A stretch of DNA of 36,525 nucleotides from a virus. Its lineage: Duplodnaviria > Caudoviricetes. Made by a program: the position numbers and the translations under genes. Where the stretch lies: the IMG/VR virus record IMGVR_UViG_3300044606_000252, positions 1-36,525 of that record; one strand, written 5' to 3'. This document shows, piece by piece, positions 9,752 through 18,364 of the stretch. The notes beneath the pieces are model-generated. The model worked only from the letters and a program-made list of their open reading frames with translations, did not search any database and had not been told where the DNA came from. Position 1 is the first letter of the stretch. Each line of letters starts with the position of its first letter.

Positions 9752-10744
9752 TTACAGGCTGGTCAGCATGTTCACCAACTTGACGCTGACTCCCTTGCCC
9801 CACGTCCCGTCGTGCAGAATATCGAAGTCCCAGCCGCGTGTGGCGATGGTGTCCACCGCATCTCGGTTGTTCGGCTTGTTGACCCCGATCTTGCAATCGA
9901 CCTGGAAGAGATAGTTGTAGCCATCCTCGATCTCGGTGCCGGTGTATTGGATGCGCATCCATTTGGCGGCACCGGCGCGCATGGCGGTCAGAAATGCGGC
10001 ATTGTCGGCGTTGATCGCCATCTTCAGCGACGCCGTGGCTTTCAGCGTATCGCTGAAGCCGTGCACAGCCCAGGATGGGTTGGTTGAGCGGATCGGCCAC
10101 ACAGGCGCAAATCGATCCGTCCAACTAAACTTCCACTCGAACACGCGCTCCTGTGCCTCGGCGGCATCCAGTTCCGCCTGCGTATCTGCCAGGAAGATGT
10201 CTCCCTGGTCGGCCAGCAGCAGTACCGACGGCACCGTCGTCGGCGTGGCCGTCAGCGTTACGTCGTCGGTCACCTTCTGGGAAAGCGTCGTGCCGCCCAG
10301 CGTCAGGTCACTGCGCGTGCCGCCCAATTCCACTCCGTTGATTAGCATATAGGCGTACTTTTCCGCCCAGTCGGCGCTGCCGAACTCATGCGTGAAGCTA
10401 TCTACGGTCTCCTCGGCGTTCGAGGAGGGATCCCAACCCCAGGTATACGAAAGCCCCGTCGATGGGATATTGCGCGTCGGAGTCACATGCTTGAAAACCG
10501 AGTTGAACAGGTAGGCCAGCGTGTTGTAGCCTGGCCTGCCGTTGATTGCCCCTACTCCCCACTCGCGATTGGGATATGAGACAGTTGGCAACAGGAAGCC
10601 GGTCGGCTTGAACGAACCGCCTTCATAGTTGATGTCCGGCTTGATGAAGACGTCTTGCAGCAGCTTGTTCGCCGGAACGGCGGTCCCGTGCGTCGTTTCG
10701 ACGCCCAGTTGCATGATCTGGAAGACGTTTGAATTTTCACCCAT
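9752..10744 (-). CDS. Major tail (tube) protein
   Basis: 330 aa. N-terminal QLGVETTHGTAVPA and C-terminal VKLVN are typical of phage tail tube proteins. Synteny agrees. Confidence 0.8.
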   Translation of the reverse strand: MGENSNVFQIMQLGVETTHGTAVPANKLLQDVFIKPDINYEGGSFKPTGFLLPTVSYPNREWGVGAINGRPGYNTLAYLFNSVFKHVTPTRNIPSTGLSYTWGWDPSSNAEETVDSFTHEFGSADWAEKYAYMLINGVELGGTRSDLTLGGTTLSQKVTDDVTLTATPTTVPSVLLLADQGDIFLADTQAELDAAEAQERVFEWKFSWTDRFAPVWPIRSTNPSWAVHGFSDTLKATASLKMAINADNAAFLTAMRAGAAKWMRIQYTGTEIEDGYNYLFQVDCKIGVNKPNNRDAVDTIATRGWDFDILHDGTWGKGVSVKLVNMLTSL

Positions 10745-10763
10745 CTCTCACTCTCCTGAGCGC

Positions 10764-11195
10764 CTATGCGCTCGCTTGCGCCCGGATGGTGTATTCCCCG
10801 CCCAGGTGCCTGTATTCGCGCCCGTCATCAGACTGCTCGGGGTAACGGATTGGCCGCTCCCGCACGCAGTATTCAATCCGCCCCCCGGCGACGGCACCGG
10901 AAGCGCGGGTCAGAAGAAAATCGACTCGGTCGGCGATCAGTTGCGCTTGCGCGTATGACATGCCTTCGTCGATGACCTTCACCATGTACGGAGCCTCGCA
11001 CATGATGCGGATGTTGTTATGCACTTGGATGTCGTGAGCATCCCCCAGCATCTGATACACCACCAGCGGATATTTAGCGTCTGTCGGTGCGATGTCGGCA
11101 TAGATACGCTCCTCGCCGTCCAAGAGCGCCACCAGCGCAGCGTCGCCGGATAGCAGCTCGCTCAACCAGGTGTCGATCAGCCCAAGCTCGATCAT
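10764..11195 (-). CDS. Tail terminator / tail completion protein (DUF3168-like)
   Basis: LSGDAALVALL..RIYADIAP..AKYPLVVY motif. It precedes the tail tube gene. Confidence 0.75.
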   Translation of the reverse strand: MIELGLIDTWLSELLSGDAALVALLDGEERIYADIAPTDAKYPLVVYQMLGDAHDIQVHNNIRIMCEAPYMVKVIDEGMSYAQAQLIADRVDFLLTRASGAVAGGRIEYCVRERPIRYPEQSDDGREYRHLGGEYTIRAQASA

Positions 11196-11552
11196 CTATA
11201 GCACCTCCGAGCAGAGTACCTGCCGTGCGGTTTCCCATGTGCCGGTGACGATGGAGCCGGCCAGGAAAGTGCGCCCGCTGATCGCGACCTCATCACCTGG
11301 CTTGACGTCGGTGCCATAAGGCAGCGTAATCGTGGCATAGGCGCTGGGGACTTCCCGCTCGCCGATCTTGCGCACCCCCGGCTGGTAACTGGATACAGCT
11401 AACCTGGCTGGGAACGTGCCGATCAGCGTTAAGGTTTTGGTTTGCCCGCCCCGGCCATCCCCGGCATACGTCGGTCGCTGGACCGTCGCCTGATCCGGCA
11501 TGGCCTGTTCCTGCATCTTGCGCATAGATTCGAGCGCTGCTGAGTCGATCAC
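11196..11552 (-). CDS. Head closure / head-tail adaptor (SPP1 gp16-like)
   Basis: DGRGG...ITLPYGTDVKPGDEVAISGRTF pattern and synteny. Confidence 0.7.
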   Translation of the reverse strand: MIDSAALESMRKMQEQAMPDQATVQRPTYAGDGRGGQTKTLTLIGTFPARLAVSSYQPGVRKIGEREVPSAYATITLPYGTDVKPGDEVAISGRTFLAGSIVTGTWETARQVLCSEVL

Positions 11553-11953
11553 AGTTGGTACTCCGATAGCCGCTCACCTGTCGCAGGCGACACGAAATAG
11601 CGCGTCCCTGCCGTGATCCACTTCTTCAACCTTGGCCCTAACCGGCTACGGGCTGCGCGCATTTCCGGCCCCAGCATCGGCTGAGCGCTCATGCGGCTTG
11701 TGCCGAACTCGTTGTAGATCGTATAGGGCACAGAGTCATAGATGCGCCAGCCGGCGCGCCGCCCAACGCCGATCCGCTGCCGGTTCCAGCCACGGCGCAT
11801 AGCCCCCGTGCGCTCGCGCGAGCGCCGTTTGCAGCCCTGGACGATCTCCGCCGCCTCCTCGGCTGCTGCGTTATCGGCGGCAGCCTGCGTAGAGGCCATC
11901 AGGGTATCCAGCTTGGCCGTATTGAGCTTGAAGTCAGCCCAGATCGCTGGCAT
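11549..11953 (-). CDS. HK97 gp10-like neck/tail completion protein
   Basis: RTGAMRRG...VPYTIYNEFGTSRMSAQPMLGP matches the HK97-gp10 family signature. Confidence 0.8.
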   Translation of the reverse strand: MPAIWADFKLNTAKLDTLMASTQAAADNAAAEEAAEIVQGCKRRSRERTGAMRRGWNRQRIGVGRRAGWRIYDSVPYTIYNEFGTSRMSAQPMLGPEMRAARSRLGPRLKKWITAGTRYFVSPATGERLSEYQL

Positions 11954-12485
11954 TGGTGTCGCTCCTCACCAGGCTGGCCGTGATCGGGCGAGTCTGCGCG
12001 CGATATTTGTCAATGAGGGCTTGGATCATGCGGGATTGCTGCGACCGGCTGAAACTGGCGCCGGCGCTGGAGAAGTCGAATTGGTCAGACACTTTCGACA
12101 GCTTCATCTCCAGCAAATCGGCGGCGGTGGCATAGAGGTCATAGACCTTCCCGCTCACGTAGACAGGCATGTCCTGGTGCTCGGCAAAGTGCCACACGCC
12201 GATCAGCAGTTCCGCCGTCTCGCTTGTGAGGGTATCCCAATTGCTATCTTGCAGGACATAGTCGCCCTCCCACGCGCCGATGCCGGCGTAGTAATCCTTG
12301 TACAGAACTACGCCTCCAGAGCCATATTGTTCACGCGGGGTCAACTCCGTCGGCGGCATGTCGGTGCGATTCACGTCCAGCGTCGCCTCGATTTCATCGT
12401 CGCTGAACATCGGCGATGCGCTCACCGGGTCTTTGATGAGCAGGCGAATCCGTTCGATGAGCTGGATCATGCTGTTGCGCGCCAT
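11934..12485 (-). CDS. Head-tail connector / adaptor protein
   Basis: IERIRLLIKD...FSDDEI...DLYATAADLLE...FSRSQ pattern. SD AAGGAG. It lies after the capsid genes. Confidence 0.7.
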   Translation of the reverse strand: MARNSMIQLIERIRLLIKDPVSASPMFSDDEIEATLDVNRTDMPPTELTPREQYGSGGVVLYKDYYAGIGAWEGDYVLQDSNWDTLTSETAELLIGVWHFAEHQDMPVYVSGKVYDLYATAADLLEMKLSKVSDQFDFSSAGASFSRSQQSRMIQALIDKYRAQTRPITASLVRSDTNASDLG

Positions 12486-12712
12486 CACTTCTCCTTACGC
12501 GAACGTTTCGGCGCGTCAGCAGCCGGCTCTTCCACCGCAGGAGGGGCTTTCTCCGGCTCAAGAGTCGGCGTCGCCGGCGCATCGGCGGAGGCGGGAGCAG
12601 GGACGATTGCGTATTCGTCCTTGTACCAGCGGATCAGTTCTCTCGCCTTCTCCTCTGGCATCTCCCACACAGCGCCGGTGCGCTGCACTTTCAGCCAAAC
12701 CATCTCAGGCAT
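12485..12712 (-). CDS. Small head-region protein (75 aa, Pro/Ala-rich C-terminus)
   Basis: Translationally coupled on both sides. A short folded N-terminus is followed by a low-complexity tail, as is common after capsid genes. Confidence 0.55.
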   Translation of the reverse strand: MPEMVWLKVQRTGAVWEMPEEKARELIRWYKDEYAIVPAPASADAPATPTLEPEKAPPAVEEPAADAPKRSRKEK

Positions 12713-13079
12713 AGTGCGTCGGCCACTGGAACGCGGTAATCGTCCCAGCAAAACCAGCTTCCAAGTCCACGTTCATGGACCCATTGGCCTGAATGAACCG
12801 GTCACTCGAAAGCGGGCCGATCCACACGGTAGCCCCTGCCCCAACGGCGACCACCTTATCGCTCAGTCCGGCCCGCTGTGCCGGCGGGTTATTGCCTGCC
12901 TTGACCGTCAGGTTCTTGGACGCCTCCGCGCTATTTGCCACCCGCAACACAATGCGCTGGGATTGACCAACGGCCAGGATGTTGTGCCCGTTCGTCGGGT
13001 CCGCCGTGGTGCCTGCCGGATCAGCCAAACCGGCATCCGGCGTAAAGGCACTCAGCGGAATATTCGTTCTATCAGCCAT
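12705..13079 (-). CDS. Putative capsid decoration / auxiliary head protein (124 aa)
   Basis: SD GGAGGT. Beta-rich, and located immediately downstream of the major capsid gene. Confidence 0.55.
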   Translation of the reverse strand: MADRTNIPLSAFTPDAGLADPAGTTADPTNGHNILAVGQSQRIVLRVANSAEASKNLTVKAGNNPPAQRAGLSDKVVAVGAGATVWIGPLSSDRFIQANGSMNVDLEAGFAGTITAFQWPTHYA

Positions 13080-13155
13080 CTTCTACCTCCACCGGCTTAT
13101 GCCGGGGTAATGAGCCTTAAAGACTTATGCGCTCTTCGGGTTTATCGCGTCAGGT

Positions 13156-14025
13156 CTACAGCGTGCCCTTGCTCGCGGTAATCACGCCCAGCGCATCGGG
13201 CCGGACGACCTTGGCGCCATACAGTGCCAGACCCTTCACGGCATCGGCAAAGCGAGCCTCGGGCCGGTAGGCTTCGGTCTGGTTTATTTGCATGGCGTGA
13301 GAAATCGCCATCGGATGGCCGAACATCAGCTTGTACTTCGCGCCGGACGTATTGCTGATGTTATTGGACGTCAGGATGTTAAACCCGGATACTCGCCGAA
13401 TCTGGCCATTCAACAGGCGCTCATCCTGCGGCGGCGTGCCGAATTTAACGAAACGCTCATCCTGCAACAGCAATGCCTCGATCCACGGCGGGATAATCAG
13501 CCAACGCCCAGCCTGTGGCACATTCGCCTCGTCCAGCTTGGTCTTGGCGTTGACGATCAGGTTGTAGGCACCCGAATCGCCGGTGCCCAGACCGACCGTC
13601 TTCGGCGTGGTGTCGTCGCCGATCAGGTTGGCCGACGCCGCGTCGGTGTACATCCCGGCGATGTAACCGTCGATGGTGTTGTTCAACGCATAAGCCGCCT
13701 CGCCCATTGCGTCATCCATCAGCTTTGGCTTCTGTTGCGCCTTATCGACGTCGTCGATCTGGAAGTTGAAATACTTCGATTGGGTGATGGTGAGCACTGT
13801 CTGCGCATCGCTCAATGTCTCTGGCGCAGTGATATTGGTGTTCTTGGTGTAATTTCCAATGCTCACGCGCCCAATCGAATTGATCTTGACCGAATCTCCC
13901 AGCGCGGTGATTTCGCCCTCATAGTCGCGGTTCACGACGCCGGGCTGCGCAAACACCAGCACCTTGTTCAGGTTGGCGAGCAAACGGGCGGACCAGACGG
14001 TAGGAATAAAGTTATCCAGGGACAT
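13156..14025 (-). CDS. Major capsid protein (HK97 fold, P22-coat-like family)
   Basis: MSLDNFIPTVWSARLLANL..NRDYEGEI..GDSVKI..IDDVDKAQ..FADAVKGLALYGAKVVRP. It follows the scaffold gene. Confidence 0.92.
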   Translation of the reverse strand: MSLDNFIPTVWSARLLANLNKVLVFAQPGVVNRDYEGEITALGDSVKINSIGRVSIGNYTKNTNITAPETLSDAQTVLTITQSKYFNFQIDDVDKAQQKPKLMDDAMGEAAYALNNTIDGYIAGMYTDAASANLIGDDTTPKTVGLGTGDSGAYNLIVNAKTKLDEANVPQAGRWLIIPPWIEALLLQDERFVKFGTPPQDERLLNGQIRRVSGFNILTSNNISNTSGAKYKLMFGHPMAISHAMQINQTEAYRPEARFADAVKGLALYGAKVVRPDALGVITASKGTL

Positions 14026-14027
14026 TT

Positions 14028-14651
14028 CTACTTACCTCGTAAAAACGCTTGCACTTCGTCCCAGCGAGCATTCACTTCGTCCGGCGACATCTTCGCAATC
14101 ACCTCTGGGGTCAGCTTTACGGTGCCCCCATTGGATGGATTGGTCGTCCTGGTCGGCGGAGTCGTCGGCGGCGGGGGAGGCGTCTGAGAACCTTTCAGCC
14201 ACGGCCTAGCTGTGGTGAGCGCATCCAGCGCTGCCTTCACAGTGTCGGCGTTTGGCTCCCCATCATCGCCATAGGTGATGGCCTTGGTATCCATCAACCT
14301 GAAGGCCGCTTCCTCATCCACAATGCCAAGTTGGCGCGCAGTGCGCTCCACGTTCAGGCGCAACTTCAGGCTCTGAATCTCTGGCTTCGCCGTGGACTCA
14401 AATGCCTCAAGCGCCTTCACGCGCTCAGCTTGCTTCTGGGATTCGGTCTTCTGCGATTCCTCGATCTTCTGGAGCTTCTCTTCCAGCTCCTTCTCACGAA
14501 TGCGCCGTTTGGCGTTTTCGTCTCGCAGGGCACGAATAGTTTTGTCCGCTTCATTCGCCCCGCCATTCCCCTGGTCTGCCGGTAGCACAGGCTGCGGATT
14601 TCCGCCTGTTGGGTCGCCCCCCTGGGGCTGCTTGTTGTCGTCGCTTGGAAC
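14028..14651 (-). CDS. Capsid scaffolding protein (207 aa from proposed GTT start)
   Basis: Coiled coil (ALRDENAKRR), PWL motif and C-terminal capsid-binding helix. AGGAGG-N6-GTT at 14651, with an in-frame TGA 6 codons upstream. The N-terminus (V/M)PSDDNKQPQGGDPTGG is typical of scaffold proteins. Confidence 0.85.
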   Translation of the reverse strand, partial: VPSDDNKQPQGGDPTGGNPQPVLPADQGNGGANEADKTIRALRDENAKRRIREKELEEKLQKIEESQKTESQKQAERVKALEAFESTAKPEIQSLKLRLNVERTARQLGIVDEEAAFRLMDTKAITYGDDGEPNADTVKAALDALTTARPWLKGSQTPPPPPTTPPTRTTNPSNGGTVKLTPEVIAKMSPDEVNARWDEVQAFLRGK

Positions 14652-14671
14652 CGTTGACCTCCTGGGTCAGT

Positions 14672-14787
14672 CCCCAAATAAAAAAGCGCCCGCTCATCAT
14701 CAAGATGAACGGGCGCTTATGCACGCGGGTTCGTAATATTCTGCTCTGCCGCCGGCGCGGGCATCCCTGCGAGCGCTCGGGCGACTT
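14672..14787 (-). repeat. 116-bp leader repeat, copy 2 (structured leader plus intrinsic terminator)
   Basis: 114/116 identical to 8343-8458. Confidence 0.95.
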
Positions 14788-14796
14788 ATAGCCCAG

Positions 14797-14824
14797 ATTG
14801 TAGCGTCTGCTTTTTGGCTGTCAA
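14797..14824 (-). promoter_or_regulatory. Sigma70-type promoter feeding repeat copy 2 and scaffold-capsid
   Basis: TTGACA (14824-14819), N16, TACAAT (14802-14797). Confidence 0.7.
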
Positions 14825-14877
14825 CCTACCTATCAGACATATAATGGGCCATATAAGAAACACAGGGGGTGTTTCAT

Positions 14878-15534
14878 ATGACCACAAACCAATATGATGA
14901 CGGAATCCAGAAACTTGAAGAGCTTTTACGTCAAAAGCGAAGCACATTGAATGTGCTAGGGGGTAAGTTTGCCGATGCAGCGGGGCAATTCCTGAAAGAC
15001 TGGTATATGGATGAAGCCACACGCATGGTAAAGAGCTGTCCAGACGTCACCAAACAACTCGCTCACAATGATAGACTCTCGGGATTTAAGTCAGCAGTCC
15101 AAACTCTTCAGCAGAAAGCGACTGAGGCTGCGCATGAATTTATCATGACGGGCGATGTATGGTGGCACTATAACGGCAATCCACCTGCCATTGCTGAATT
15201 TACCATGCACGGAGGGAGCTATCCTGCGGGAGCCGATAAAGCCATACGACTAGCAGCAGGCCTGCTTGCACCTATCCTAGAAAAATACAACTATCTATCC
15301 ATATACACAAATGCAAATGTGATTTGGCGCGAGCAAGATGTCCCTGCTGGGCAAATTAAGGCGAGGCCTATGTACCCAAGAAGTTCCCCTCTGAAATGGT
15401 CCAGCGAGATGACAAAAATCTATTCAGAATACTCTGAAATATTAGAGAGCTTTGCTCCTATCGAAATACAAATTGTCGAATTAAGGAAACAAAAAGAACA
15501 ATCTGAAGCCGATGATCTGTGGAGTAAAGCCTAA
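14878..15534 (+). CDS. Low-GC moron, hypothetical protein (218 aa)
   Basis: Visibly more AT-rich than the flanks and opposite in strand. TATAAT at about 14840 and SD AGGGGG. It has N- and C-terminal coiled coils. No family was recognised. Confidence 0.75.
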   Translation: MTTNQYDDGIQKLEELLRQKRSTLNVLGGKFADAAGQFLKDWYMDEATRMVKSCPDVTKQLAHNDRLSGFKSAVQTLQQKATEAAHEFIMTGDVWWHYNGNPPAIAEFTMHGGSYPAGADKAIRLAAGLLAPILEKYNYLSIYTNANVIWREQDVPAGQIKARPMYPRSSPLKWSSEMTKIYSEYSEILESFAPIEIQIVELRKQKEQSEADDLWSKA

Positions 15535-16161
15535 TCAGCGATATTCAAACGTGCAATGGCAGTTCGTCCGGCATTGGCTATCGCCGATCCTGGGAAGTGT
15601 CCCAATCGTCTGCCAGTCCCGGCGTGCATAGTCCACACAATCAGGGCAGTGCTCGGCCACACCCAGCACGCGGCGCTCCTGAAACATTCCGGCATTGATC
15701 GCATCGGCGCGCCGGATTTCCTCATAGATGCCGCGCACTGCCTGACCATACATCCGCGCGCGAACGATCATCCGGCCATCCATCTCCTGCGCGCCGGTAT
15801 AGATTTCAAATGCGAATCGGTGCAGGAATTCGTATTGCCGGCGAACCTCCCACCCCACCCTGCCCCAATCCGAGGGCGTCATCTGTGCCCAGCCGCCTCT
15901 GGCCAGCGCGCCGGCGGCACAGGCCATGCGCTTGACGGTCAAGGCAAACTGGGTTTCCCACTCGGCCAGCGTCAACCGACCGCTCTGCAATTGAATGGTC
16001 AGGGCCTCCAGGCGCGTCTGGCTCGATTCGATGAACCGATCCAGCGCTGTCCGCACCTGGGCGAATGACACAAACCGGCCGGAATTGACATCCTGATACC
16101 GTCCAGTGCGCGCGTCCCAGTAGTACGCTGGCGTGAGATCACTGAGGCGTATTGGGGGCAT
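15535..16161 (-). CDS. Head morphogenesis / minor capsid protein (Mu gpF / SPP1 gp7-like)
   Basis: C-terminal EHCPDC...QCRTNCHC metal motif. It lies between portal and scaffold. The start is ATG 16161 (or 16179), since the upstream region encodes a separate ORF. Confidence 0.75.
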   Translation of the reverse strand: MPPIRLSDLTPAYYWDARTGRYQDVNSGRFVSFAQVRTALDRFIESSQTRLEALTIQLQSGRLTLAEWETQFALTVKRMACAAGALARGGWAQMTPSDWGRVGWEVRRQYEFLHRFAFEIYTGAQEMDGRMIVRARMYGQAVRGIYEEIRRADAINAGMFQERRVLGVAEHCPDCVDYARRDWQTIGTLPRIGDSQCRTNCHCTFEYR

Positions 16162-16321
16162 CCTGCTTCTTTCTGGCATCTGCCAATCGTCGATATTTCG
16201 CCGGCGCATGTCGCCGCCACAGCGCCTTGGCGACCTGAATGTCATGCGGCGTGACCTGCGCGAGTGCCATCAGGCTGGTGTAATCCAGCGGTGGGCCGAG
16301 AGGTTTACGAGTCTCTTGAAC
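16139..16321 (-). CDS. Hypothetical 60-aa protein with GTT start (not in the ORF track)
   Basis: AGGAGG-GAACCG-GTT. It reads (V/M)QETRKPLGPPLDYTSLMALAQVTPHDIQVAKALWRRHAPAKYRRLADARKKQDAPNTPQ*, with an in-frame TGA 6 codons upstream, and fills the gap in the operon exactly. Confidence 0.7.
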   Translation of the reverse strand, partial: VQETRKPLGPPLDYTSLMALAQVTPHDIQVAKALWRRHAPAKYRRLADARKKQDAPNTPQ

Positions 16322-16331
16322 CGGTTCCCTC

Positions 16332-16625
16332 CTAAACGCTCACCAATTCCCCGTTGGTCATGAAGCCGTGCCAGATGCCAACCACATGAATGGAGGGGGT
16401 CAGCGTAGGGGCTTCCCGATTTCCGTCCCATTGCCAATCCTCAACGTTCGCCAGTGGCGCCGGTGATAGCCGGCATGAGCCAAAGTCGCCCTCTTCAGTT
16501 CCATTGGGCACGCGGATGTATATCTTCTCGTTATCGTCGGTGAAGGCCCAATCGCCCACCTTTCCATTCTGGAGAAGGTCGGTAACGCTCTCTCGCAATT
16601 TACCTTTGGCGTTCTCTCGGTTCAT
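16332..16625 (-). CDS. DUF6527-like protein
   Basis: WQWDGNREAPTLTPSIH...WHGFMTNG signature. ATGA-type coupling to the upstream gene. Confidence 0.7.
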   Translation of the reverse strand: MNRENAKGKLRESVTDLLQNGKVGDWAFTDDNEKIYIRVPNGTEEGDFGSCRLSPAPLANVEDWQWDGNREAPTLTPSIHVVGIWHGFMTNGELVSV

Positions 16626-16864
16626 TGTTCTGCCCCCAGGTCGCGCAACACATCCCCAACGATGAGGTCTGCCAAACGCTCCGCGCCGCCATTCGCCTGC
16701 ACCCAGAACTGCATCATGGCTTTAGGGTCAAATGGCTCGGCCTTAGCGATAGCGGTAAATTCGGAATCATGCTCGGTACAAAACCTCATGCCGGCGTCGG
16801 CCTGGTTTGGCGCCTGGGGTTTATCACAGCCAAAGTAATCACACTGCTTTATTGGCTCACTCAT
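16622..16864 (-). CDS. Small Zn-finger-like hypothetical protein
   Basis: CDYFGC...FCTEH. Coupled to the portal stop codon. Confidence 0.6.
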   Translation of the reverse strand: MSEPIKQCDYFGCDKPQAPNQADAGMRFCTEHDSEFTAIAKAEPFDPKAMMQFWVQANGGAERLADLIVGDVLRDLGAEQ

Positions 16865-18354
16865 TGGTTCACCTCCGGCACCGTGTCAGCCATCGATGCC
16901 TTGACGCGGCGCGTCATCTCACGATCCTGCGAATCCATGATGCGCTTGATCTCAGTGTCCGAATATCCCATCTCGCGCAAGCGCTCCTCCGATGGCAACC
17001 CGGCAGCGTCGGCCTTATCCTTTGCCATCTGCACCTTGTTCTCTTCGGCGATACGGGACTGTTCCTTCTCCCAGTCGTAGCCTAGGCGCTCGCTGATCGT
17101 CTGGCCAGATGCCCACTTGTTGTTAAAGTCGATTTGATAGTTACCGCGTTCCTCCACCTCGTTGCGTGGCATCGGGTTGCCCCACTCCAGCGTAATATCA
17201 GCTTCTGGCCCGAACCCGCCCATCTCCAGGATGTGTTGCGCCAGAATGATGAGCATGTCGCCGTATGTGTCGCGCTTGATGGTCGTCATCTCCATCAGCG
17301 GGCCATAGAGGATTTGCAGCGCGACGCCGGCGATGGCGCCGATGGATTCAAGCTTGGCAACCGAAATGGGGGGGACTCGTGCCAGGATGAACAGGATGTC
17401 ATAGAGCCCGTTGTACAGCGACAGTGACCCCGCGATGTCGCCATGCGCTTCCAGCATCTCCATCTTGGCTGCGGTCGGGAGCAAGATCGATTCGTCCACG
17501 GCCACATTCACCTCGCCCGCTTTGACCCCCGTCCCAACGACCTTCGGGTGAGCGTGAATGCGATTGATGCGGATTGAGTTCGATAGGATGAAGTGAATGC
17601 GCCCGATCAGATGCAGAATATCGTCTTCCAGGTCGCTGCGCCCATAGAACTCGTTCGCCGCCGGCAGGTTCTGGCAATCCACAATCGGTGGCCACGAATA
17701 AGGCCATTGCACCGGCGGGCCATCCTGCACCCATGAAGAGCCCTCGCGTGAAATTTCGTCCTGAATGACCCACGTCGCCCCGCCCTGCTCATTGATACCT
17801 GTTCGCTCGATGGTCTGGCGCTTGACAAAGCTCTTGCCATTCTCATCCGTCGCGGGATACTGGATAACGTATTTCGATACGTCTTCGATGTCGTCAGAAT
17901 CCCATACGGCGTGGATGGTTGACGGATCGACAGAGTAGAAACGTGGGAACCGACTGCCGGGCTTCGGAGCTTCCAATTTGATGAACACATGCCCGCCGAT
18001 GGCACCCGACTCGGCCAACTTACGCGCAAACGTGTTGAACTTGTTCGCTTTCAGCGTGCCATTCAGAAACTGATCTTGCGGGCTCCCTTTGGTATTCGTC
18101 CCCTCGTCCTCCGACGCATCATCCGATCCCCCAACGTCAAATTCCACACCGGCGCCGAACAGGAAAGCCGTCCCCTTATCGACGATGATCCGGGCCAAGT
18201 TTGGCTTGACGTTGTCGTTTGCCTGCCCCGGCTTTGTCTTCAGTGGGTCGGCATAATCACCGTCATATGCGTTCTGAGCGGTCTTGATCCGCGCGATTCG
18301 CGCCATCTCAGCCGCTGCCGCAATCTCAACGATTTGCCTGCTAATGATGTTAAC
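16861..18354 (-). CDS. Portal protein (SPP1 gp6-like; 497 aa from proposed GTT start)
   Basis: NLARIIVDKGTAFLFG, YGRSDL, AGVALQILYGPL. It follows TerL. AGGAGG-N6-GTT gives (V/M)NIISRQ. An alternative ATG at 18378 lies inside TerL. Confidence 0.9.
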   Translation of the reverse strand, partial: VNIISRQIVEIAAAAEMARIARIKTAQNAYDGDYADPLKTKPGQANDNVKPNLARIIVDKGTAFLFGAGVEFDVGGSDDASEDEGTNTKGSPQDQFLNGTLKANKFNTFARKLAESGAIGGHVFIKLEAPKPGSRFPRFYSVDPSTIHAVWDSDDIEDVSKYVIQYPATDENGKSFVKRQTIERTGINEQGGATWVIQDEISREGSSWVQDGPPVQWPYSWPPIVDCQNLPAANEFYGRSDLEDDILHLIGRIHFILSNSIRINRIHAHPKVVGTGVKAGEVNVAVDESILLPTAAKMEMLEAHGDIAGSLSLYNGLYDILFILARVPPISVAKLESIGAIAGVALQILYGPLMEMTTIKRDTYGDMLIILAQHILEMGGFGPEADITLEWGNPMPRNEVEERGNYQIDFNNKWASGQTISERLGYDWEKEQSRIAEENKVQMAKDKADAAGLPSEERLREMGYSDTEIKRIMDSQDREMTRRVKASMADTVPEVNQ

Positions 18355-18364
18355 CCTCACCCTC

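Noticed and set aside
11742-14187. Plus-strand ORFs 11742-13181 (479 aa) and 13288-14187 (299 aa)
   Set aside because: They are antisense to recognisable head and neck genes, typical high-GC shadow ORFs.
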